Position numbers and translations under genes: made by a program. A stretch of DNA of 63,940 nucleotides, counting the filler, from Octopus bimaculoides (taxonomy: Eukaryota): assembly GCF_001194135.2 (NCBI RefSeq). It is 6 parts of 6 records of this genome, joined end to end, with 100 filler letters (N's around TTAATTAATTAA, not from the genome) between each part and the next. Parts side by side here need not be neighbours in the genome. Positions count along the whole stretch, not along the records: positions 1 to 16,138 come from NC_068995.1; 5 more parts are not named here. One strand, given 5' to 3'. The notes under the pieces were generated by a model. The model searched no databases, was not told where the DNA came from, and saw nothing but the letters and a program-made list of their open reading frames with translations. Shown piece by piece: positions 1-13,050 of this stretch. Every line of letters begins with the position of its first letter. Position 1 is the stretch's first letter.

Positions 1-980
1 CCAAACCTCTTTCTTTGCAGCCTCATTTAGTGCAAGTGTACCATCATCCATGTGAACATGACATCACGATTCTCTCTCACACACTGTCTTGCAACACGAA
101 ATACTTCAAGTCTTTGGTCCTCACGGTGCAGAACATTGGCAAAGATTTTCTTATCTGCTTCCCCTCTGGCAAAGTAAACCTGTCTCCTAGCTTACCTTCT
201 GGCAGTCTGATACAATTCCCTGCTACCTCCGTTCTTCCAGTCCTTCCAAGCCTGTTTCTTTTGTCTAATAGCCCTGTCAACCACATTGTTCCACCACCAC
301 GTTACTTTGGGAGGAAACTTTTACACCAGCCACAGATCTGATTGGTGGCTCTCAACAGGTTGTCCTGTAGAAACGTCCACTTGTCTTCCACGTTATATGA
401 TGCTATATCCCCTTCTATTTCGTCAAATGCTTCGAGTAGTATGTCCCTAAATCTCTGTCCATATGCAGGATCTTTAATCTTCCAGACCCTTCTCCTCCAA
501 GCTGGTCTACATCTGGGCATCCTTTTTCCTTGATTCCAAAGTCGCTAACTACTAATCTGTGTTGAAGGGTACATTCTTCGCCAGGGAATGTTTTGGTATT
601 TATAAGCTGCCCTCTTTCCCTATTTCTGGCGAGGGATGTAGTCGATTTGGCTAGAGTGTCTGCCGGAACAGTAGGTGGCTAGGTGACAGGCTGGTTTCCT
701 GAAGTTGGTATTGCAAACCATAAGATCGTTTGCATCACAGAACTCCAGCAGTCTGATTCCCTCCTCATTGCGGGAACCGAAGCCATAACCTCCATGAATG
801 CCATGGATGCCTCCTGCATCATTGAAGTCACCAGGTACAAAGAGAAGGTCCCTGTCATTCGTCGACAAGGTAGTTTGCAAGAGGGTGTCGTAGAATTGGT
901 CTTTCTGCCCATCCGGTAGGCCCGGTTGAGGGGCATAGGCCAAGATGACGGTAGCTAACCTATGATGAAGCACTAATCTA
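1..980 (-). mobile_element. RTE-clade LINE fragment (APE endonuclease and linker), runs off window start
   Basis: AYAPQ...GDFN...GYGFGSRNEEGIRLLEFC..NDL.VCNT.FRK...TY.SG..SQIDYI is an RTE-type APE. It is followed by RRVWKIKDP...WTFLQDNLLRATNQICGW, with frameshifts. Confidence 0.9.
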
Positions 981-985
981 ATCTT

Positions 986-990
<5 letters not shown>

Positions 991-1052
<62 letters not shown>
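991..1052. repeat. (TA)n microsatellite with (CA) tail
   Basis: Direct reading of the sequence. Confidence 0.95.
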
Positions 1053-1056
<4 letters not shown>

Positions 1057-1673
1057 TTTATTAATAAAGGTGCAATCCTGTTCTTTGGGAACGGGAACAT
1101 GAAACTCTGAGTAACAGCTTTTCTGATATCTTTGTAGCTTCATTAATAAAGCACATTACTCTACCTCTAAAGTACTATTTTTTCCACTTTGTTTCACATT
1201 TATGGTCTTACTCGTGTGTGTATATATATATATATATGAGTGTGTGTGTGTGTGTATGTGTTGATATATATATACACACACACACATATATATACACATG
1301 CACATATATAAAGTCTGCTGATAGGTTAGCCAGCTTAAACCTTGAAGTCACAGCCGATATTATTATTGTTAAAAAATAAATTCATACTCTACCGCATGTA
1401 TTGGGTAATCCTTAATTTTCATGTAAAATTGTTTTTATTATACCATAAAAACAAACATTAACATATATGTATATACACATATATATATACACACATGCAC
1501 ACACAGAGAAATGATGATGGCTGTCTACTTGTAACTGAGGAAGACCATGACTAACTACTGTCTATGCATGAGGTTATTACAGACGTCTGCTGCAGTCTTC
1601 TGCCTGGCCAGCTCCTGTCAAATCATCCAACCCATGCCAGCATGGAAGGCAGACATTAAATGANNNNNNNNNN

Positions 1674-1714
<41 letters not shown>

Positions 1715-2198
1715 ATGATTAAAGGATAAAATCGTTAAAAATTTCAACAGAGGCCAGCATATAAAATAGACCTATTTAGGTAAATTCATATACAGAGATT
1801 GATAATAGTATAAAATACAATTATAATTAAAGGTACAGAGGGGACTATGCCTATACACTGAAAATAGACACTAAATTGTCCAACCAATCCAAATTATCAC
1901 CTTATAATACACACATATTGAAAGCAAAGAAGTAGACTGACAGAAATTCATAAAATAATTCAGATAGTTTTGGATTGATCAATGCCCAAGGTGCCATGCA
2001 GTGGGACTGAACCTAGAACTATGTGGTTGAAAAGCAATCTTCTTACCACACAGTCATGCCTGTACCTATATGTATATTAATTACTGGTAGGAACATTGTA
2101 TTTTGCTCTTGCCACCATAATACACTACCAAGCATATTAAAGGTTTATAAGTCGATACTGTTCTACTTTTGTATTAGTTATGTGATTCAATTACTTTT

Positions 2199-2359
2199 AA
2201 GTTATTTCTACAGATCTTCTATTGAATTTAGATCCAAGACTTGAAAGTTACAATGTTTCGTATACAAATATATCCATGTAAACAATGCAACTGAAGATAG
2301 AAAAAGAGATAATGGATGTATATGCATATTTCAGGATTTATAGTTCCTTCTTCAGCACC
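2199..2359 (-). mobile_element. Partial copy of the hammerhead-bearing repeat family also at 16990-17833
   Basis: Shares aagttatttctacagat, tttcgtatac and the reverse complement of ggtgCTGAAGAagg...cctGAAAatat with the 17-kb copies. Confidence 0.6.
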
Positions 2360-4618
2360 ACATCCAGCAATTATCATCCTCCTCATCCTCGTCATCACTG
2401 TTTAATGCATGTTTTCCATGCTGGCATGGGTTGGACAGTTTGACTGAGGGCTGGTAAACCAGGAGGCTGCACAAGGCTCCAATCTGATCTGGCATGAATT
2501 CTACAGCTGGATGCTCTTCTAATGCCAAACACTCCAAGAGTGTAGTGGGTACTTTTTACATGCCACAGGCATGGTTGCCAGTCAGGTAGCACTGGCATCA
2601 ACCATGTTCAGATAGTGCTTTTTACATGCCACTAGCACAGGAGCCAGTCAGGCAGCACTGGCATTGACCCATGATTGAATGGTGCCAGTCAAGTGGCACT
2701 GGCATTGGCCACAACTACGATTTCCATTTTAATTTTGACTTTACTTGACTCAATAGGTCTTCTCAAACACAGCATATCGCCCAACATTTCAAGAGTACTT
2801 TTAAATGGGCTGGTTATGCAACACTGGTATCAGCCTTGCCTGCAATCTCACTTTACTTGCCAGTTTATTGGCCACGATATGATTTCACTTGACTAAATAG
2901 GTCTTCTCAAGCACAGCATATCGCCTGACGATTCAAGAGTACTTTTAAATGGGCTGTTTATACAACACTGGTATCAGCTATGGCTGTGATCTCACTCTAC
3001 TTGCCAGGTCTTCTCAATCACAGCATATCTCCAAAGGCTTCAGTCTCTTGTCATTGCCTCTGTGAGGCCCAATGTTTGAAGGTTGTGCTTCACCACCTCA
3101 TTCCATATATTCCTGGGTCTGCCTTTTCCACAGGTTCCTTCCACTGTTAGGGTGTGACACTTCTTCACACAGCTCTCCTCTTCCATACGCAGCACATAAC
3201 CATTCCAGTGCAGTTATCTCTCTTGCACACCACATTTGATGCTTCTTATGTCCAACATTTCTCTGAGGGCACTTACACTCTCTTGTGTATGCACACTGAC
3301 ATTACACATCCAGTGAATTATACTAGCTTCACTTCTTTCAAGCCTACGTATGTCCTCAACAGTCATGGTCCATGGTTTCTGTGCCATGTAGCATGGCTGT
3401 TTGCACACATGCATCACAGCGAAAGGCCCTTTGTTACCAGCAGAGGTAGAACTTTCTGAACTTTGCCCAGGCTATTCTTATTCTAGTGGCTATGCTCCCA
3501 GAGCATCCACCCCCACTACAGACTTGGTCACCTAGGTAGCAGAAGCCATCAACTACTTGTAGTTCCCCACCCCCTGGTATTTGTTTATTGCCCCTGTGCA
3601 TCTACCACATGCAAAAACTATCTTCCTGGTTAACCTTCCTTTGATATTGCTGCACCTCTTATGCAACCATAGCTTACACTGGGTACATCTTATGGAGTTT
3701 CTACCTACACCATTTTTACAGATCAAGCAGGGCCATCTACATGAAGAGGTTTGTAATTTGTCTGCCTTCCTACTTACTAGGGCTTAGTTTTTGCTAGATT
3801 GACTCTAAGGCCCTTCGATTCTAGACCTTGCTTCCACACTTGAAACTTCATCTCTAGTTCTGGTAGTTACTCAACTATTAGAGCAAGGTCATCAGCATAG
3901 AGGAGCACCCAGGGGAAGCCTGTCTTGAATTTCTCTGCTATTACCTGGAGGACTATGATGAATAAGAGGGGGCTGAGGACTGATTCTTGGTGAACCCCTA
4001 CTTCTACCTGGAATTCTTCACTATACTCATTGCCAACCCTCACCTTACTGACGGCATCCTTGTACAGCTCTTACCAACCACTTGTCTATCACTAGTTTCT
4101 GCATTGACCACCAGATAAGGGATCAGGGGACCCTGTTAAAGGCTTTCTCCATGTCAACAAAAGCCAAGTACAAAGGTTTATCTTTGGCTTGGTATTTCTC
4201 CTGCAGTTGCCTTACCAGAAATATAGCATCAGTGGTGCTTTTACCTTGCATAAAACCAAACTGCACCTCATCTAGGCTAACTCTCTCCCTAATTAGTTGG
4301 GCTATGACCCTCTCCGTGACCTTCATCACCTGATCCAGCAATTTGATACCCCTGTAGTTATTTCTATCTAAAGCATCACCTTTACCTTTGTAACAGTTGA
4401 CTATGGTGCTGCTACACTAGTCATTGGGCATGACTCCTTCGTGAACTACCTGATTTACAATACAGATATTTTAAGCATCTCAGCAGTGATTTTTAATGGG
4501 CCGGGGGCTTTCCCTGTCTTCATATCCTTAATTGCTTTATCTACCAGGGTACTGTTGATTCGGGTAGCTGGTCCCTCAGTTGGCAGACACTCCTCCTCCC
4601 ATTCATTCTCCACATTCA
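2352..4618 (-). mobile_element. RTE-clade LINE, 5'-truncated: RT domain, C-terminus and repetitive 3' UTR ending in (GAT)n-like tail
   Basis: QFGFMQGKSTTDAIFLVRQLQEKY..K.KPLYLAFVDMEKAFNRVP, a GVHQ.SVLSPLLFII motif, a YADDL-like motif and RRLERSEASIIHWMCNV. Multiple stops. Confidence 0.92.
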
Positions 4619-5255
4619 TACAAGATGAGAAAGGGCCAATTTTTATCTGAAGCTATCAAGGACAAGAGGAAAGATCACGCTAGAAAGCTTTTGAACAAAC
4701 TCAAGCGTCCCCTCCAATCAAACATGCTTTGGTTTTTCTCAGACAAGAAAAATTTCTACCTCAGACTCAACACGGAGGCTTACATCAAGTGCCTGGAGGA
4801 GGTAGTATTGCCCTGGGTCAAGATGGTGGCTGCTGGAAGACCCTATGTCAGGCAACACATGCAGGAGAATCCAGTCATGGCTACCAGACAATTTCTGTGA
4901 TCACATCACCCCTAACATCTGACCACCTAACTCCCCAGACTGCAACCCCCTTGATTATTATGCATGGGGCACAGTTGAACAAGAGACCAGCAAAAACCTT
5001 GTAACACTAAAGATGAATTGAAGGTAGGGATTATGGCTGCATTCACCAACTTAAACAAGGAGACTGTCCAGAAGAATTGCAGGAGATTCCGAAGTCGCCT
5101 GGAGGCCATGGTTGAAGCTAATGGCAATTTTATTGAATACTCTTTTGTATTTCAAGATATTTTTATGTAATTTTGGTAAATAATTCTGTTAAAACGAGAT
5201 GTCAGTATTATTTTCATTTTTGCATAATTTAGACAACAAATTATTCACTGCACCT

Positions 5256-5257
<2 letters not shown>
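4619..5257 (+). mobile_element. Tc1/mariner (maT/DD37D-like) internally deleted transposon, right end intact
   Basis: KMRKGQFLSE...LWFFSDKKNF, EAYIKCLEEVVLPWVK and a PPNSPDCNPLDY-like motif. Ends ...cactgcaccttg followed by TA. Confidence 0.8.
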
Positions 5258-5307
<50 letters not shown>

Positions 5308-5311
<4 letters not shown>

Positions 5312-6581
5312 GTCATCTCTTTAATAATGCAGTTTTTTTATACTTCTTTTATTTTTCAAAATTAAGATAAAATCCTTTTTTTAATCTAAAATATACTCTC
5401 CTTCATTTTCTACAATGCTCTTCCATCTATCCAGTAGACTTGCAAGACCCCTCTTCCAAAATTCACTTGTCTGTGACGTGATGAAAAATACTCCTGTACT
5501 ATTCTGATCTTGTCTACAGAATTCATATTTTTTCCATCCAAATGGTTTTGAAGACTGAGGAATAAATGATAATCAGATGGGGCAATGTCTGGCAAATATG
5601 GAGGGTTGGGACATTGTTTCCCATTCAAACTTTTCCAGCCTTTGGAATGTCATCCTTGCTGTATGTGGCCAAGCATTATCCTGATGGAAGAACACCTTTT
5701 GTCTTGAAACCAAAGATGGTCGTTTTTCTTCTAAAACTGACTTAAGTCACTCAAGCTGCTCACAGTAGATCTTTCTTATCATTTGGTTTGGGTTTAAAAG
5801 TTTGAAGTGGACTAAACCTTTCATATCCCACCAAACAGATAACAACACCATACTTGGGGGAAGACCTTCTTTAGCCTGGGGTGCCGGTCTTTCTCCTTTT
5901 CCTACCCACAGTCTTTGGTGCTTGACATCTTTATAGAGAACCCATTTCTCGTCAACAGTCACTATTCGATCCAAAAAAAGGTTCATTCATGAGACATGAC
6001 AGCAAAGAAGAGCACATATTCACTCTCTGTGTGCAATTAGACTTGGAAGTTTGTGACGAACCTATTGACCTAATTTGCTGACTTTTAAAATAGCATGCAG
6101 CTATTGATGAATGGTTGAATGATCAAATCCAAGCTTCTTTGCTAGTTCCTCAATGGTTACGACGGGATTTTGTTCCACCAGGGTTTGCAGGATGTCCTTG
6201 TTGAGTTCTACAGCTCTTCCAGAACAAGGCTCATCTTCTAGGCTGTAGCTTCCAACTTGAAATTTCTGGAAGCACTATTGACACTGGCTTACACTTATTG
6301 TCCAATCCCCATTTACTGCATTAGTATTCCTCACACTTTCTGTTGTGCTGTTGCCTTTATTGAACGCATAAAGCAAAAAATGCCGAATATACTCCTTTGT
6401 CACTTTGATTATAGCTTTGAAAAAATAACTGTTAAAATCAAACTGCACTCTTCAAAACTTGCACTAAGAATAAATACAAGGTAAAATTATACCTGCTTTT
6501 ATAGCAAGTTGATGCAGGCAGTTTATTCCGTCCCCCTTCAACTGCAATTGAAAAAACAGCATTATTTGTGGGATGACCCAA
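5308..6581 (-). mobile_element. Full-length (1274 bp) mariner (DD34D) element with pseudogenized transposase
   Basis: TIRs ttgggtcatc...aataatgc at 5308 and gcattatt...gatgacccaa at 6581, both flanked by TA. Translations FLDRIVTVDEKWVLY, VLLSVWWD.KG and PPY.PDIAPSDYHLFLSLQN. Confidence 0.92.
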
Positions 6582-7269
6582 TATACATATATAGGTAGAG
6601 AGACAAGGAAAGAGAGATACACCTACATATATACATACAAATGTATATATAGAAATACACACACACTATATATTATTTGGAAGCACAAGGCTAGAAATTT
6701 AGAAGGAAAATAACTACTTTGCCTGATATTTGTTATTTTGGCACAATTCTTGGGTTTTGTGGAGTCAGATTGCATCAACTGAAAAAAAACAATGCTGGCA
6801 TTTGAACTTAGATCATCAGATGCTTAAGAGCATCAGATGCTCACTTTTAATACTATGGCATTTGCTACAAATAATAATATTGAAAACTTTACCTATTTCT
6901 TGTGGTAATGTACTTAGATTGTTTTCACCAGCACCTAGGTATGTCAGATCAGTGAGAGAGCTATAAAAAAAAAAAGAAGAAAATTATGAAGTTTATTACA
7001 ATACAATTCAACTAGTGAACATATACACAGTTGATACAAAACACAGGACATTGCTGAAATAAACTAAAAAAAACTCTCATATACACACACATACATCACA
7101 GAAAAGACAGATTGAAGGTAACTAGCTAAAAAAGAAACATCAATGTTGCCTGATGGCTATAAAATAGAACTATTGCAAGGACACTGATAAACAAACTACG
7201 TTGATATAACTAGTATGTGTGTGAGTGAATGTGTGTATGTATTCTTTCTCTCTTTTTAATTTATAGTTA

Positions 7270-8120
7270 ATTTTGATCAGCCACCTGCTTGGCACCAAGG
7301 TTGTGAAGGCAAAAATCCTGTTGTCTTCATCATCCTTAAAATCTTAAGAAGGCCTGTAGATTTTTATTGTCCCTGATATCATGATCATTTGTAGCATAAG
7401 AATTAAGGAGCTGCAATCACTCCCAAAGACCCCAAGTTCAGCCATAATTTGTTCCAGGTAAGTTGGTATGTATACTGTTGCTCCAATAACAGGTATGAAA
7501 CAAAAAAAAATCTATCTTGGGTACTGGATTTGCAAACTCCTCATTAAGGGTCTTTAGATGTTTTCTTTCTATAGTATTTTTCAGGTCACAAATGATTTTC
7601 AAAACAAAACAAATTTTCTCTTGTGGTCTCACAAAACAATATCTGGCTGATTGTGTTTTGACTTAGTGGTTGTTTTTACTTAAAGGTCCATCAATATTCT
7701 TTTGACCCATTGGTTTCAAGTCAACTTTGTCAGCTGGTATTTTCTTTATACTTATTCTATTTCAGACTGCTCTAGCCACTGCATTATGGGAGGATAATAT
7801 CTAGAAGCCTTCTCTTGCAGTTGGAGAAATGTGGTTGATGTCTTCAAATTTAGTTTCACAGAGCATACAATTCTTGCCCATCAATGTTCTATGTCTTTAA
7901 TTCTGAAAATAACTGGTGAAGACCTCTTCTTCTTGAAATGCATGGAAGTGACATTCAAAGTAGGATGCCATAAACTTGTTGGTATTCCATGCTAAGCTTT
8001 TGATATGATTTACTTCCTCTACGACAGTGTCTTTCATGCCAAATACTCTTCTGTCGTCAAAAATGCTGACAGTTTTATTAATGACAAAAATGGCACATCA
8101 ATACAATAGGAGAAACCATT
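7270..8120 (-). mobile_element. Decayed RLE-type non-LTR retrotransposon C-terminus (zinc knuckle and endonuclease region)
   Basis: Manual translation gives CMLCETKFEDINHI...HNAVARAV and later YWSN, paralleling CRLCG...EDI..IISGC...HD at 39520-39921. Many stops. Confidence 0.55.
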
Positions 8121-8297
8121 GATAAATGCCAGCAATCTAGTAAATAAATGTACATTCACAGAACTGAAGGACTTCAAGAATCAGATGCGGTTGTACCATC
8201 TTGAGTGACAATATTGTCCACATAATGTGTGTGTACATATACATATATATATATATACGTACATATATATGTACATATACATAAATATAGGCATATA

Positions 8298-8495
8298 TCT
8301 ATATATATATAAAAATGAGAATGTTTGTCTGTGTGTGTGTGTGTGTCTGTGTGAATCCCTAAAACTCCAGAACTACACAACCAATTTCATTCAAATTTTA
8401 CACATGCCTTACTTAGTGTCCCAGTTATGTTTTAGTCAAAAAAAATGTTTAACTTCTTGCATAGTTCGAGCCCACAGCAACATAATATCTCCTCC
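8298..8495 (+). mobile_element. Non-autonomous Helitron-like fragment
   Basis: Starts A|TCTATATATATATAAAAATGAG followed by (TG)n and accaatttcattcaaattttacac, the typical 5' layout of short non-autonomous Helitrons. No matching 3' CTAG end was found. Confidence 0.4.
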
Positions 8496-10544
8496 ATGTA
8501 GATGTATATATATAGATGTACATGTAATATGTACACATATATACATTCATACAGATATTTATACATATATACACCCACACAGACACACACATACACATGC
8601 ACACAAACATTAGTCATTTGTTTTTTTATCCAAAACTACGTCAAAAGTACTGAATGGAGTTTTATGAAATTTAGAAATTATATTCTATGCATAACAGCCA
8701 TAACCCCCATGAAAATTCATATGTTTTTGATGTTGATGAAATTTTAACCATACATATTATACACAAATAAAGTAATATTTCTAAAATTTCTTCTTCTTAG
8801 AAGTTACAAAGACTCCTTCATGAGGACTTCACATCCACAATTTAGTCATTTTTCCTAAGCAAAGACGAATACAGTTGTACTATTGGAAGCTATAGGGTCA
8901 CTCGAACATAACAGATGAGCATATTTCTAATTCAACGGTACAACAGTGTAAGACTATCCTTTCAGATATAGTTACATTGTGATTTCTGCAATGTGGTGCA
9001 TAAATTGTCAAGTAAATGAGATGCNNNNNNNNNNTTGTGATTTCTGCAATGTGGTGCATAAATTGTCAAGTAAATGAGATGCATCTTTGCTTCCACTGAT
9101 TCACTTGCAAAGTGTTGAGTAAAATTATTTCGTTGCGTCTTTGAGTCTTTTTATTATCAGTGAGTCACACATAGTCCCCAGTTGGTAACATTGATTTCAA
9201 GGCCTTCCCAGATGAGTGACTGGTTATTGAAAGAGATTTATAGATTGTAAATTTATTCTGCCCAGTTACCTATCGGTATAGTCGTCATCTGTAAACTCCA
9301 GAGGTGACACTTTCATTTCCCTTTACTCCAAATGTCACACATTGTTATTTCAATTGGGTCATGCCCTTCCAATTGCTATACATCCGTAATGCATCTTACA
9401 GCTGTGCCTGTCACCTGTAAGGTGAGGAATCCTACATTGGGGAGTAGTAACGACTAGGCTAGGGTAGCTGACTGATTATCGTGGTCATTCGTCTTTTGGT
9501 TTCCTGTAGCTTTGCTCTCTTTTACAAACCCAGTGAACATACATATATTTCCTATTTCAAAGAAATTCAAACAATACATATTAGACCCAAGTTAAAAACA
9601 TTCCCAACAATTCAACTTTTCTGGTTGACATTAACACACCCACCNNNNNNNNNNNNNNNNNNNNNNNNNNNNNNNNNNNNNNNNNNNNNNNNNNNNNNNN
9701 NNNNNNNNNNNNNNNNNNNNNNNNNNNNNNNNNNNNNNNNNNNNNNNNNNNNNNNNNNNNNNNNNNNNNNNNNNNNNNNNNNNNNNNNNNNNNNNNNNNN
9801 NNNNNNNNNNNNNNNNNNNNNNNNNNNNNNNNNNNNNNNNNNNNNNNNNNNNNNNNNNNNNNNNNNNNNNNNNNNNNNNNNNNNNNNNNNNNNNNNNNNN
9901 NNNNNNNNNNNNNNNNNNNNNNNNNNNNNNNNNNNNNNNNNNNNNNNNNNNNNNNNNNNNNNNNNNNNNNNNNNNNNNNNNNNNNNNNNNNNNNNNNNNN
10001 NNNNNNNNNNNNNNNNNNNNNNNNNNNNNNNNNNNNNNNNNNNNNNNNNNNNNNNNNNNNNNNNNNNNNNNNNNNNNNNNNNNNNNNNNNNNNNNNNNNN
10101 NNNNNNNNNNNNNNNNNNNNNNNNNNNNNNNNNNNNNNNNNNNNNNNNNNNNNNNNNNNNNNNNNNNNNNNNNNNNNNNNNNNNNNNNNNNNNNNNNNNN
10201 NNNNNNNNNNNNNNNNNNNNNNNNNNNNNNNNNNNNNNNNNNNNNNNNNNNNNNNNNNNNNNNNNNNNNNNNNNNNNNNNNNNNNNNNNNNNNNNNNNNN
10301 NNNNNNNNNNNNNNNNNNNNNNNNNNNNNNNNNNNNNNNNNNNNNNNNNNNNNNNNNNNNNNNNNNNNNNNNNNNNNNNNNNNNNNNNNNNNNNNNNNNN
10401 NNNNNNNNNNNNNNNNNNNNNNNNNNNNNNNNNNNNNNNNNNNNNNNNNNNNNNNNNNNNNNNNNNNNNNNNNNNNNNNNNNNNNNNNNNNNNNNNNNNN
10501 ATATATATATATATATATATATATATAGGTAGGGACAAGTGCAG

Positions 10545-10720
10545 CACCCACTACACTCTCTGAGTGGTTGGCGTTAGGAAGGGCATCCAGCTGTAGAAAC
10601 TCTGCCAAATCAGACTGGAGCCTGGTGTTGCCATCCGGTTTCACCAGTCCTCAGTCAAATCGTCCAACCCATGCTAGCATGGAAAGCGGACGTTAAACGA
10701 TGATGATGATGATGATGATG
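10545..10720 (+). mobile_element. RTE 3'-tail copy ending in (GAT)n
   Basis: cacccactacactc..gagtggttggcgttaggaagggcatccagctgtagaaac...ccaacccatgctagcatggaaag..(gat)n, homologous to 2352-2560. Confidence 0.85.
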
Positions 10721-10724
10721 TAGG

Positions 10725-12530
10725 GAGTTAGTCTTTCTCCTGCCCTCCTGGCACCTCTAAACTTCTCTTCACTCTTGATATCAAGAGTCTATACACAGTG
10801 ATCCCATACAACGAAGGACTTCTTGCACTTCCTAGACCTTCAACCCAACCCCTAGCCTAACACCTCCACACTTCTTCGTCTGGCTAAACTTGTTCTCTCC
10901 CTCAACTGCTACTCGTTCAAGTGGAATTTTTACCAATAGGTCTAGAGAGTGACCATGGGAATGAGAATGGGCTCTAACTATGCAAACCTGTTTGTTAGCG
11001 ACATTGAGGCCCAAATATTCTCATGATTCACTGTTCCCACTCCCGAACTATACAGCTGTTATATTGATGACTGTATCAGTGTGACCTCACTCTCCTGTGA
11101 CCAACTAGACTGCTTCCTCTCTTTTGTTCAATCCTTCCATCCTGCCCTTTTATTCTCCTGCACTATTTCCAACACTTCTGTCACATTTCTCAACATTTCA
11201 GTCAACATACACCACTCCGTTCTCACTACCTCCATCCACTACAAACACCGACTCACACTCATACCTTAACTTCTCCTCTTCCCACTCTACCCACATCAAG
11301 CTCTCCATCCCCTACTCCCAATTCCTCCATCTTCACAGGCTCTGCAGTGACAACTATGACTTTGAGACTCAGTCTCAACTCATGGCTCGCCACTTCATCC
11401 TTCGTGGATATCCCCTAACCACTATCTACACAGCCCTTGCCAGAGCAACGTCTGTGGACCATGCCTCTGCTCTCTCTCACTGCACCTTCCCTGCCATTGC
11501 CCATCTGCTGTTTCCCCTCACCTACCACCCCTCCACCCTGCCTCTCCAACGCACCATTCTCCAGTCTGACCACTCCATGTCGCACATCTTTCCCAACCTA
11601 CTCCTTCCCTCCTACAAATGAGCCCACAACCTGCATGACCTCCTGGTTCACAGTTTCTTCCCTAACCCCACCTCCCAACCTGGCTTGTTCCCCTGCTGCT
11701 GCACTTGCCCCTACCTCACACAGGCGCCCATCATTGTCCCTATCATATCACCAACTCCTTTACCTGCACTTCTAGCAATGTCATTTACTGCATCTCCTGC
11801 TCTTTCAACCCTTCTCTGTACATTGGTCAAACAGGACGCTGCTTGTCTGACCAGTTCGCGGAGCACCTCTGAGACATCAGACTCAGCAATGACACCCTGG
11901 TCTCACGCCATTTCCACTCTACTGGTCATTCATTACAACACCTATCTGTGCTTGGATTGTCTTTGCACAGGGGCCATCTGGACTCCCGCCTTTGCCATGA
12001 ACAGAAATTAATCTTCTGTCTCCAAGCCACATGGGCTCAATTCCCTTTCTCTCCTCTCTACATCTGACACCTATGTCTCTCTTCACTTCTACCCACCTTC
12101 TCTCTTCATTGATACCCCTTCTACCCACACACCTCCATCACCCCAACCCACCCTACACCACTCCACAGGCACTAGCACTGACCACTCCCCAGCACCCACA
12201 CCATCATGATTATCACAACCACACACCCACACATTACAGATACACACCTATACAAACTTACATTCTCACATACACACACACATATGTGCACATTCGTTTT
12301 GGGATCACCAATACTTTATTATTCCCCCTTCTTTCTACCTCTCCTGTCAAACCATTTTTTACAACCATTCGCCATGCTTGATTGCTAAATCCGCATGGTT
12401 TTTTCTCTCCCAGTTTATTTTCTCTTATTCCTTTCTGTTGAAGAGCGTAGGCTCAAAAAACATAAAAGACTTTCTCATTTTCTCGAGCGTCAAACTATAT
12501 CTGCTTGTTGTTCATACACCTGTCATTGAC
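10725..12530 (+). mobile_element. Penelope-like element (RT, GIY-YIG endonuclease, 3' pLTR), pseudogenized
   Basis: FTLDIKSLYT, MGMRMGSNYANLFV, YIDDC, TSIHYK..SHSYLNFSSSH..HIKLSIPYSQF, NVIYCISC...YIGQTGR...FAEHL. Confidence 0.92.
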
Positions 12531-12574
12531 TTGTTTTTCTGTAAATTTCAACCATATATATATATATATATATA

Positions 12575-12943
12575 TACTCTTTTACTTGTTTCAGTCATTT
12601 GACTGCAGCCATGCTGGAGCACCGCCTTTAGTTGAGCAAATCAACCCCAGGACTTATTCTTTGTAAGCCTAGTACTTATTCTATCAATCTCTTTTTGCTG
12701 AACCGCTAAGTTACGGGTACATAAACACACCAGATGGTGGGGGGACAAATACAGACACACAAACATAAATATATACATATATACGACGGGCTTCTTTCAG
12801 TTTCCGTCTACCAAATCCACTCACAAGGCTTTGGTCGGGCCGAGGCTATAGTAGAAGACACTTGCCCAAGGTGCCATGCAGTGGGGCTGAACCCAGAACC
12901 ATGTGGTTGGTAAGCAAGTTACTTACCACACAGCCACTCCTGC
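12575..12943 (-). mobile_element. Full-length tRNA-derived CORE-like SINE (family A)
   Basis: On the minus strand: A-box TGGCTGTGTGG, B-box-like GGTTCAGCCCC, CORE-like caccttgggcaagtgtc, and tail ...gactgaaacaagtaaaagagta. Confidence 0.85.
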
Positions 12944-12974
12944 ACTTATATATACACATATATATACCTAGGTG

Positions 12975-13033
<59 letters not shown>

Positions 13034-13050
13034 ACATGTGCATATATATA

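Noticed and set aside
8977-9082. 48-nt exact direct repeat around a 10-N gap
   Set aside because: Contig-end overlap left unmerged; assembly artefact.
9481-10644. Long ORFs in the track (also 14799-15407 in part, 56464-57366 and others)
   Set aside because: Their length comes from X residues across N gaps.
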